From assembly GCA_040393085.1 (NCBI GenBank), contig JBEBUV010000018.1, forward strand, positions 7,933 to 71,932: 64,000 bases of DNA, read 5' to 3'. The notes under the pieces were generated by a model. That model was not told the origin of the DNA. It searched no databases and worked only from the letters and a program-made list of their open reading frames with translations. The translations under genes were made by a program, and so were the position numbers. Below are positions 9,762 through 17,548 of the stretch, piece after piece (the stretch's first letter is position 1; every line of letters begins with the position of its first letter). The DNA comes from Pedobacter hiemivivus. Lineage in GTDB: Bacteria > Bacteroidota > Bacteroidia > Sphingobacteriales > Sphingobacteriaceae.

Positions 9762-12752
9762 ATGAAGAACTTTAAACGCGTTAATAACCTGATCGGCTTT
9801 TCCCTTTTCGGACTGTCAGGCTTAATCTACTGGCTCACTATGGAGCCTACAGTTAGTTTTTGGGACTGTGGTGAATTTATAACGGCATCTGATAAATTGC
9901 AAGTTGGTCATCAGCCAGGTGCTCCATTGTTCCTAATGATCGGAAAGATATTCTCCTTGCTTGCCGCAGGAGATACTGCAAAAGTTGCCTATTGGATAAA
10001 TTTCAGTTCAGTGATTTTTAGTGCTGCTACAGTCATGTTTCTTTACTGGACCATCACCTTAATTGCAGCTAAACTATTCAAGCAGGCAAAAACTACTACT
10101 GATCTGTTAGCCATAATAGCAACAGGTATAGTCGGCGCCTTAGCCTTTACTTTTTCTGATACATTCTGGTTCTCAGCAGTCGAAGCCGAAGTTTATTCAC
10201 TATCAATACTATTTACATCTCTTGTTTTCTGGTGTATTTTAAAATGGGAAACTGAAACAGATAACCGTTGGTTAATACTCATTGCATTTATAATAGGTCT
10301 TTCTATCGGTGTACATCTACTTAGCTTACTAGCTATTCCAGCCGTTGTATTGGTTTATTATTTCAAGAAAACAGAGAAACCAACTGTCTTAGGATTCATT
10401 AAAGCAATAGGAATTGCAGGCCTGATCTGGGTAACAGTACAATATGTTATCATTCAATATTTTGTCTTGTTCGCTGCAAAATCTGATCTGTTCTTTGTAA
10501 ATACATTAGGATTTGGCTTTGGTTATGGGGCCATGGCTTTTATAGTTTTTATAATTGCGGCCATTACTTATACCATCAGCTACTCTATTAAAAATAAAAA
10601 ATACAACCTTAACCTGACCATCACTTGCTTAACATTTGTCCTATTTGGTTTTAGCTCCTACTTTTTAATCATCATCAGAGCAGATGCAAAGCCAAGTTTA
10701 AATCTTTCTAACCCAGACAATGCATTTGGATTATATGGCTATTTAGGAAGAACCAATTATGAAGATAAACCATTGTTATATGGGCAAACTTTCGATGCTA
10801 AACAAATAGCAGCAAAAGATAGTTATACCAAATACAGAAAAGGAAAAGACAAATATGAAGTTTCAGGAACTGGAATAGCTGTTGAATACGATAAGAATAT
10901 GCTGTTCCCACGTACATATAGCGATAAGCCAAATCATGTCAACTTCTATAAACAATGGCTACAACTGGCCGACGGACAAACACCATCATTTATACAGAAC
11001 TTAAACTTCTTTACCTCCTACCAGATGGGATTCATGTATTGGCGTTACTTCCTCTGGAACTTTTCAGGCAGGCAGAATGACAAACAAGGCCAAGGTAGTA
11101 ATGCCGAGGGCAATTGGATTACAGGAATAAAATCGATTGATGCATTACGCCTGGGAAATCAGGACAACCTACCACCTAGTATCACTCAAAATAATGGTCA
11201 TAACAGATTTTATGGTTTACCTTTAATACTAGGAATAGCAGGATTATTATTCTTATATCGCAAAAATAGAAATGACGCCATTGTAGTTGCCAGTTTATTC
11301 TTTTTTACCGGCCTGGCCATCATTCTTTACCTAAATCAAGATCCTTTGCAGGTAAGGGAAAGAGATTATGCCTATGTAGGCTCATTTTATGCTTTTGCCA
11401 TTTTTATTGGCTTCAGCGTTTTCGCCATTCGCGAGGCATTGTCGCGAATTACTAAACCCAAATTAACACTAGCTCTGGCTACACTTACCGGACTATTGGC
11501 AGCCCCGGCTATTATGGGCTTTCAGGGCTGGGACGACCATAACCGTTCAGGTAAAACTACAACTTTAGAATGGGCAAAAAATTATCTTAACTCCTGCAAA
11601 CCCAATGCCATCCTATTTGTAACGGCCGACAATGACACCTTTCCATTATGGTACGCACAAGAGGTAGAGGGCGTCCGCACAGACATCCGTGTAGTCAATA
11701 TACAATACCTTTCAGATGATGCTTATATCAACCAAATGAAAGCTCAATTGAACAAATCTGCACCTCTCCCTATCTCTATGGAAGAAGAAAAATATGTAAA
11801 TGGGGTAAGAGACTATCTCCATTATTTCGATTATGGCTTTAAAGATAGCGTAGAGCTTAAAGATCTTTTAGCGGTGATGACCTCCGATGATCGGGCAGAC
11901 AAACTGGAATTATCAGACGGAACTTATCAGAACTTTTTACCCTCTAAAAGGTTTAAATTAAGTGTCAATGCAGATCAGTTGGTAAAGAACAAGACCATTT
12001 CGACTAAAGAAAAAGACAAAATCGCTCCACAAATAGAATGGCTTTACAATAAAGAGTATATATTTAAATCAGATCTTGCCATGTTAGACATCCTGGCAAG
12101 TAACAATTGGGAAAGACCGGTATATTTCGAAACCAACGTATCTAAAGACACCTACATTGGCCTGGACGATTATCTATATCTTGAGGGCTATGCCTTGCGT
12201 TTGCTCCCTTATAAAATTGACCCTAAAGACTCCGGCGAAAAGATGGAACGTACCAATACTGATGTGATGTATGATAATATGATGAAGTTTGATTATAAAG
12301 GATTTCACACTGCCAAATACTTAGATCCTGAAAGCAGAAGAGTTGCAGAGGGCAGCTGGATGATTGCAAACGCGCTCACTTCAAACCTGATTACAGAAGG
12401 TAAAGCTAGTCAGGCGCATAAATTCCTGATTAAAAACATCAAAGAAATTCCTTTAAAAAATAGTTCTGTTGATGACACGCTAACCAGATTTCAAACGATT
12501 CAACACTTGTATGCACTAAATGAAACAATAGCAGCTAACAAATTGACAAACGATACTTTTAACTTTTTGGATCAAGAGCTTAATTATATTATTTCCTTAG
12601 AACCAGAAAGAATTCACAGTTATGGAAGAGAATTGCAGGTCGGCATGTATATTTTAGACAACCTTTATAAAATTGCTGCAGGCTATGGTCAAGATAAGCT
12701 AAGCAAAAAGATAGAAATCCGATTTAAGGAATTGGAAGCTAAGTTTAGTTAA
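9762..12752 (+). CDS. DUF2723 / TMEM260-like polytopic membrane protein (GT-C-fold glycosyltransferase candidate)
   Basis: N-terminal SFWDCGEFI...GHQPGAPLF, FWFSAVEAEVY, GVHLLSLL, RERDYAYVGSF, DNDTFPLWYAQEVEG; many TM helices. Confidence 0.88.
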   Translation: MKNFKRVNNLIGFSLFGLSGLIYWLTMEPTVSFWDCGEFITASDKLQVGHQPGAPLFLMIGKIFSLLAAGDTAKVAYWINFSSVIFSAATVMFLYWTITLIAAKLFKQAKTTTDLLAIIATGIVGALAFTFSDTFWFSAVEAEVYSLSILFTSLVFWCILKWETETDNRWLILIAFIIGLSIGVHLLSLLAIPAVVLVYYFKKTEKPTVLGFIKAIGIAGLIWVTVQYVIIQYFVLFAAKSDLFFVNTLGFGFGYGAMAFIVFIIAAITYTISYSIKNKKYNLNLTITCLTFVLFGFSSYFLIIIRADAKPSLNLSNPDNAFGLYGYLGRTNYEDKPLLYGQTFDAKQIAAKDSYTKYRKGKDKYEVSGTGIAVEYDKNMLFPRTYSDKPNHVNFYKQWLQLADGQTPSFIQNLNFFTSYQMGFMYWRYFLWNFSGRQNDKQGQGSNAEGNWITGIKSIDALRLGNQDNLPPSITQNNGHNRFYGLPLILGIAGLLFLYRKNRNDAIVVASLFFFTGLAIILYLNQDPLQVRERDYAYVGSFYAFAIFIGFSVFAIREALSRITKPKLTLALATLTGLLAAPAIMGFQGWDDHNRSGKTTTLEWAKNYLNSCKPNAILFVTADNDTFPLWYAQEVEGVRTDIRVVNIQYLSDDAYINQMKAQLNKSAPLPISMEEEKYVNGVRDYLHYFDYGFKDSVELKDLLAVMTSDDRADKLELSDGTYQNFLPSKRFKLSVNADQLVKNKTISTKEKDKIAPQIEWLYNKEYIFKSDLAMLDILASNNWERPVYFETNVSKDTYIGLDDYLYLEGYALRLLPYKIDPKDSGEKMERTNTDVMYDNMMKFDYKGFHTAKYLDPESRRVAEGSWMIANALTSNLITEGKASQAHKFLIKNIKEIPLKNSSVDDTLTRFQTIQHLYALNETIAANKLTNDTFNFLDQELNYIISLEPERIHSYGRELQVGMYILDNLYKIAAGYGQDKLSKKIEIRFKELEAKFS

Positions 12753-12772
12753 AAGTATTATGAGGCATTAAA

Positions 12773-12836
12773 AAAGCCTGTATCATAAATGTTCCTAAGA
12801 TTGTCTAAATCTAAGCATATTTATGATGCAGGCTTT
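12773..12836. repeat. Long inverted repeat (18-bp arms, 1 mismatch) between convergent genes; bidirectional terminator or REP-like element
   Basis: AAAGCCTGTATCATAAAT (12773-12790) and ATTTATGATGCAGGCTTT (12819-12836), 28-nt loop. Confidence 0.7.
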
Positions 12837-12854
12837 ACTATTCTATAAACCGAA

Positions 12855-13490
12855 TTATCTGTTCGGTTGTGGCGTCATTCTTAAATAAGGTTTAATTTCT
12901 GTATGTCCTTTAGGGAACCTTGCAGGAATATCCTCATTTTTAATACTGTTTGCAATAACTACATCTTGTCCATCTTCCCAATCGGCCGGTGTAGCAACGC
13001 TGTAGTTAGCTGTAAGTTGCAATGAATCAATCACCCTTAAAACTTCATTAAAGTTACGACCTGTAGAAGCTGGGTAAGTAAGCATCAATTTAACTTTTTT
13101 GTCTGGGCCTATAATGAACAGCGAACGTACAGTTAACGTTTCTGAAGCATTAGGATGGATCATATCATATAAATCCGCAATCTGTTTATCTTCATCAGCA
13201 ATAATTGGGAATTCAACTTCCGTACTTTGCGTCTCGTTAATATCTTTAATCCAACCTCTATGTGATTCTGCTGAGTCAACACTCAATGCTAAAACTTTCA
13301 CATTCCTTTTTTCAAACTCGCCTTTTAAAGCTGCCGTACGGCCAAGCTCTGTAGTACAAACTGGTGTATAATCTGCCGGATGAGAAAATAAAACACCCCA
13401 ACTATCTCCTAAAAATTCGTAAAAATCAATAGGCCCTATAGATGTATCTGCTTTAAAATTGGGAGCTAAGTCCCCTATTCTTAAACTCAT
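12855..13490 (-). CDS. 1-Cys peroxiredoxin (Prx6 family)
   Basis: FSHPADYTPVCTTE, ALSVD, LTYPASTGRNFNEVLR, TPADW. Confidence 0.95.
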   Translation of the reverse strand: MSLRIGDLAPNFKADTSIGPIDFYEFLGDSWGVLFSHPADYTPVCTTELGRTAALKGEFEKRNVKVLALSVDSAESHRGWIKDINETQSTEVEFPIIADEDKQIADLYDMIHPNASETLTVRSLFIIGPDKKVKLMLTYPASTGRNFNEVLRVIDSLQLTANYSVATPADWEDGQDVVIANSIKNEDIPARFPKGHTEIKPYLRMTPQPNR

Positions 13491-13581
13491 AATATTATGT
13501 TTTAAATGTTAAAGTTTAAAATTACAAAATAAAACAGATAAAGACTACAAAACAGGTATACTATTTATGTAATTATTAAAA

Positions 13582-14523
13582 TCAGAATAATTGCTTTTGT
13601 TCCGTAGCTGTATCATCAGACAAAAACTTAATTTCAGGAACCTGAGCACCAAGGTGTTTATTGAATTGTCTGATGGTGTAATCAGCCAGAATAGGCGTAT
13701 CCTTTTCGTCATGCTGATGGAGAAAGAAATAAACTTTTTCCAGTCCCTTATCAAGCCAGCCTTTAATTCTTACTACCCATTCATCAATTCTGGCAAAGTC
13801 AGAATCTTTATAATCCTGTCCATTACCAACGAAACGGATAAATATCTCAGGGATAGTCAGCTCCATATGCACACAATCTCTTCTACCACTGGCATCAGTA
13901 ATTACGGCACCTTTTTTTAGACGATGAAGCATTTCAAATAAGCGTTGACGTTCTGCAGCATCAGCAAACCATTCTTCATGTCTCAATTCTACAAAAACCT
14001 GAAAATCTACAGGCAAAAACTTCAAATAATGCTCAAGAGTATCAAAATTTTTTGGGCCAAAGTTATCACCAAGCTGTAAAAAACAAGGGCCTAAAAACTT
14101 ACCAAATTCGTGAATACTCGACAAGTATAAATCTGTAGGAACTTCGGCATCCTTTAAGCGTTTAATATGACTGATTGTTCTGGAAAATTTAGGGCAAAAA
14201 AGAAAACCATTAGCTGAGTTTTCTTCTGCTTTCTGCTTCCATTTACGGATCAGATCTGCATTAGGTATGCTGTAAAACACAGCATTTAACTCAATAGAAT
14301 TAAAGTGTTTAACGTATTGGTCTAAGAAATCAGCTTCTTTAGTTTTGGGTGGATAAATCATATTTAGCCATTCCTTTCTCCCCCATTTGGCACAGCCGAC
14401 GTAAAATTCAGGATTCTTAACAGGCTTACCTGCGGCAAGCGTTATTGCTGTTTGTTTCCCATCATCAGGAAGGCTGAAATCAACAGAGGCGATTTCATTT
14501 TCTGCTACTTTTCCAAAATCCAT
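13582..14523 (-). CDS. DUF72 (YecE-like) protein
   Basis: VGCAKWG, FNSIELNAVFY, PKFSRTISH, VELRHEEW, FIRFVG. Confidence 0.9.
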   Translation of the reverse strand: MDFGKVAENEIASVDFSLPDDGKQTAITLAAGKPVKNPEFYVGCAKWGRKEWLNMIYPPKTKEADFLDQYVKHFNSIELNAVFYSIPNADLIRKWKQKAEENSANGFLFCPKFSRTISHIKRLKDAEVPTDLYLSSIHEFGKFLGPCFLQLGDNFGPKNFDTLEHYLKFLPVDFQVFVELRHEEWFADAAERQRLFEMLHRLKKGAVITDASGRRDCVHMELTIPEIFIRFVGNGQDYKDSDFARIDEWVVRIKGWLDKGLEKVYFFLHQHDEKDTPILADYTIRQFNKHLGAQVPEIKFLSDDTATEQKQLF

Positions 14524-14715
14524 ATTAATTTCTATATATATAGTAAACCCCGAAACTACCGATTAGTTTACCAAAAAAAGTGTTTTTCTTCTTTTTACCT
14601 TATGAAACCATCATGAGTTTACACTCGCAAAACGCAATGAATAAAAACTCATGATAGCTTTATCACCGATAAAAAACAAATTATATACTGATGAAAATTA
14701 CGCTGTATACTTGCA

Positions 14716-14723
14716 TAATTTTG
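14716..14723 (+). promoter_or_regulatory. Primary-sigma -7 element (TAATTTTG) upstream of the small ORF at 14805
   Basis: Exact TAnnTTTG match in intergenic DNA, oriented toward the 60-aa ORF. Confidence 0.45.
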
Positions 14724-14804
14724 CACCCCAGATAAATTAAATGTTAATATATTATGACACGTTAAGCACGCCTATTTATACATTAATTCATTAAATTTGA
14801 TATT

Positions 14805-14987
14805 ATGATCAGAAAAGATAAACAGGACGAGCTTAAAGAAACTAAAACTACTGTTTTTTGGGACACAATTTTAAAAGAAAAAATCCATCAAGAAAATTCC
14901 AACTCAGTTGAGAATTATATTGAAAAAACTGTAATTAAAGAAACTCCAGAAAGCAAAGAAATAAAAAAAGAAAACAGACCTATATAA
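14805..14987 (+). CDS. Hypothetical small Lys/Glu-rich protein (60 aa)
   Basis: ATG start with AT-rich upstream, -7 element upstream, fills an otherwise empty intergenic gap; no family recognised. Confidence 0.45.
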   Translation: MIRKDKQDELKETKTTVFWDTILKEKIHQENSNSVENYIEKTVIKETPESKEIKKENRPI

Positions 14988-15011
14988 AGGTTCCTTTATA
15001 TATTAAGACTA

Positions 15012-16118
15012 TTATTTATAGACCTTAATCATAAATACATAATCCTTTATTTTGTCTACCTGCTTAGGCTTGCTTAAGCCTTGTAATGAATTCCTTTTGC
15101 TGAAAGCAATCTTTTTACCTAAAGAGTCATTAGGAATAGAATTTAATGCTTCCTGAATATATTTAGATTTAACAGCAAATGTAGCTCCATCAACCTGGTT
15201 CTGTTTAGCACTGATTACCCCTATAATGTTTCCATCATGATCTAATAAAGGGCCACCACTATTACCTGGATTAACAGGTATAGACACTTGATATTGAGTA
15301 GTATCTCCATTATAACCGGTTTTCGAACTTACATAACCTTGTCCATATACGGCGTCATCTTTAGGAAAACCAAGTGTATACACTAACTCTCCCATACCTA
15401 TAATATTTTGTTTCAACCGATATGGCAAGTTTGACAAAGCACTAAAGGAATCATCAGTAATCTTAAGGATTGCCAGATCATACTGAGCATCTCTACGTTT
15501 TACTACTGCTTTATATGAATTTCCTTTACTATCCTGAACATAAACAGAATCAGCACCATCTACTACATGTAAATTGGTTAAAATATAACCGTTTGCAGTA
15601 AGGGCAAAACCTGTTCCTCCAAAGTTTGCGGGTTTTAATTCTTTAGTAATATTGGCAGAATTGGCCTTATTTGTAGAATTGATTTTTCTAATCAGATTAC
15701 TTTGAGACGTTTTAATTTTTGCAAGCTCTCTACTTACTAATTCTACACTTCCACTTTGTTGAGTAGTTTGTTGTATAGAATATAAAGTAACAACTGTAAG
15801 TAATATAAATGAAGCGGCTACAGCTATAGCTGCTTTATTTTTACGCCAAATATTAATGATGAATGATGGATGAGGAGCAAATTCTTTACTTAAGGTAGCA
15901 ACATCAATTTGTGCATGTGCCTGATCCATTTTATTTTTCAAATCAGAAATCGAGGCATAATCTTTTAATGAGTCCAGAAAAACTTTATGAGTTACCACTT
16001 TATGATCAACCGTAGCATCATTTAAGCGTAACTCTTCAAAAGCTTTTAATTCTGCCTCATTTAGTTTACCATTCAGATAATCTTCAATTATCCCCTCTAA
16101 TTCTATCTCGTTCCTCAT
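15012..16118 (-). CDS. Membrane-anchored S1C/trypsin-like serine protease with an N-terminal anti-sigma-like domain
   Basis: N-terminal IEDYLNGKL..E...FE helix, one TM helix (AAIAVAASFILLTVVTLY), catalytic triad TNLHVV / YDLAIL / GNSGGPL, no PDZ; starts 7 nt after the ECF sigma stop. Confidence 0.88.
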   Translation of the reverse strand: MRNEIELEGIIEDYLNGKLNEAELKAFEELRLNDATVDHKVVTHKVFLDSLKDYASISDLKNKMDQAHAQIDVATLSKEFAPHPSFIINIWRKNKAAIAVAASFILLTVVTLYSIQQTTQQSGSVELVSRELAKIKTSQSNLIRKINSTNKANSANITKELKPANFGGTGFALTANGYILTNLHVVDGADSVYVQDSKGNSYKAVVKRRDAQYDLAILKITDDSFSALSNLPYRLKQNIIGMGELVYTLGFPKDDAVYGQGYVSSKTGYNGDTTQYQVSIPVNPGNSGGPLLDHDGNIIGVISAKQNQVDGATFAVKSKYIQEALNSIPNDSLGKKIAFSKRNSLQGLSKPKQVDKIKDYVFMIKVYK

Positions 16119-16125
16119 GTCAATA

Positions 16126-16692
16126 TTAAGATTGAAAAAATAACTTTTTTAACCTCTGAAGGCATTTATACTTCTGTGTTTTGGCATTATCAGTATTGGT
16201 ATAGCCAAACTTTTCACAGATTTCCTGCATTGAAAGGTTATTCATGTAAAAATCCTGAATAATAGTTTTACAAGGTTCTCCAAGATGGATTAATGCCGAT
16301 TGCATTTTTTCAAACTGCTGATCCTTTTCCTCATGCTCTTCCACATCAGTTTCTACAGCAATTACATCCTCAAAATCTGAAAGATCATTTGATTTTTTGC
16401 TTTGTTGCGAAAGCTTTTTCAACCAAATTCTTCTGCAAACTGAGTAGATATATGTTTTTAGTTTACTGCTTAACTCGAAATTGCCACCTTTAATCTTATT
16501 GTATAAAACAATGATTCCTTCCTGATACACGTCTTTTGCATCATCTTCATCACCATTATTATTCAAAATAAACTGCAAAATCATCGGAAAATACCCGCTA
16601 TACAGTTTATTCAGCGCTTCTTCTGAGTTATTTAAGATACCTAAAACAACCTCTCTATCTGTTGGAACTGAACTGCTTAACTTATTACTCAC
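16126..16692 (-). CDS. ECF sigma-70 factor
   Basis: Region 2 (DAKDVYQE..IVLY, KTYIYSVCRRIW) and region 4 (LGEPCKTII..FY...SMQEI....GY...NAKTQKYKCLQRLK); GTG start. Confidence 0.92.
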   Translation of the reverse strand: MSNKLSSSVPTDREVVLGILNNSEEALNKLYSGYFPMILQFILNNNGDEDDAKDVYQEGIIVLYNKIKGGNFELSSKLKTYIYSVCRRIWLKKLSQQSKKSNDLSDFEDVIAVETDVEEHEEKDQQFEKMQSALIHLGEPCKTIIQDFYMNNLSMQEICEKFGYTNTDNAKTQKYKCLQRLKKLFFQS

Positions 16693-16695
16693 TAA

Positions 16696-16725
16696 TTAAT
16701 ACCTTTATACGTAAATGGTAACCCA
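16696..16725 (-). promoter_or_regulatory. Putative ECF promoter, copy 1 (TGGGTTAC-N13-AGGTATTAA), abutting the sigma start codon
   Basis: Minus strand TGGGTTAC CATTTACGTATAA AGGTATTAA; identical boxes and spacing in copies 2 and 3. Confidence 0.75.
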
Positions 16726-16764
16726 ATGTTAAGTAAAATAATTATTTATTCTTGCTATTATCTC

Positions 16765-16794
16765 TTAATACCTGAATCCATCATCAGTAACCCA
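16765..16794 (-). promoter_or_regulatory. Putative ECF promoter, copy 2, upstream of the sigma gene
   Basis: Minus strand TGGGTTAC TGATGATGGATTC AGGTATTAA. Confidence 0.75.
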
Positions 16795-17056
16795 TAATGT
16801 ACATTCTTTTTATTACTGTAACTGTTTCCGCTAGGACTCATTGATTAAGTCCTTGGTAGATCCATCCTAAGTCAATGTTTTAGCAATAAACCATGACTTA
16901 CCATGTAATAACCCTGCTTTATATATTGATATATATAGAACTCGATATTGAGGCTGATTAAATTAAATCAAAATTTAAACTATCATTAAACCAGCAGGAT
17001 TACACTTTTTAAAACAAAAAAAACAAATAAACATGAGGATAGTAAAGAAATGATGA

Positions 17057-17064
17057 TATATTTG
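17057..17064 (+). promoter_or_regulatory. Primary-sigma -7 element (TATATTTG) upstream of the small lipoprotein
   Basis: Exact TAnnTTTG followed by CGG, about 170 nt upstream of the ATG at 17235. Confidence 0.5.
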
Positions 17065-17167
17065 CGGCTCTGAATTAGGGCCTGAAAAGCTTATCAGACT
17101 GTAAAACAGTACAATAACAGATGAAACAAGTACTATTAAAAATAATTTTACTTTTTTTTCAAACAAC

Positions 17168-17197
17168 TGGGTTACCTTTTAAACTTTCAGGTATTAA
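17168..17197 (+). promoter_or_regulatory. Putative ECF promoter, copy 3, upstream of the small lipoprotein
   Basis: Plus strand TGGGTTAC CTTTTAAACTTTC AGGTATTAA, 37 nt before the ATG at 17235. Confidence 0.75.
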
Positions 17198-17234
17198 TCA
17201 GTAAAATTAATTAATTATTTAAAATAGAATTAGA

Positions 17235-17444
17235 ATGAAAAACGCATTTAAATTTGGCTTTTTAGCTTTAGCAATTTCTTTATCAGTAGCAGCTTGTCAA
17301 TCATCAGAAAAAACTGGCGAATCTACAGATACTACGTTAACTGATACTTCAGCTATCGTTACTACAGTAGACACTAACGTAACTGATTCATTAGTTAAAG
17401 ATACAGCAGTTACTACTACAACTACTGAAGTTCCAGCTAACTAA
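17235..17444 (+). CDS. Small Thr/Asp-rich lipoprotein (69 aa)
   Basis: Signal peptide with lipobox (SVAAC, Cys21); codon choice looks like that of highly expressed genes; own terminator. Confidence 0.9.
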   Translation: MKNAFKFGFLALAISLSVAACQSSEKTGESTDTTLTDTSAIVTTVDTNVTDSLVKDTAVTTTTTEVPAN

Positions 17445-17464
17445 GCTAAATAAGTACAACTTAT

Positions 17465-17500
17465 AAAAAAAGGTTTTGGGAATCCCAAAGCCTTTTTTTA
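17465..17500 (+). terminator. Rho-independent terminator of the small lipoprotein gene
   Basis: AAAAAAAGGTTTTGGG-AAT-CCCAAAGCCTTTTTTT hairpin plus U tract. Confidence 0.85.
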
Positions 17501-17516
17501 TTGCCGTCAGGAATGT

Positions 17517-17524
17517 TACCTTTG
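17517..17524 (+). promoter_or_regulatory. Primary-sigma -7 element (TACCTTTG) for purB
   Basis: Exact TAnnTTTG, 24 nt upstream of the ATG. Confidence 0.6.
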
Positions 17525-17548
17525 CGTTTGTAAAAAATCGTTACATTC

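Noticed and set aside
16975-17166. 63-aa hydrophobic ORF on the minus strand between the ECF sigma and the lipoprotein
   Set aside because: TTG start, composition explained by AT/T-rich promoter DNA, and it overlaps the lipoprotein's promoter elements on the other strand.
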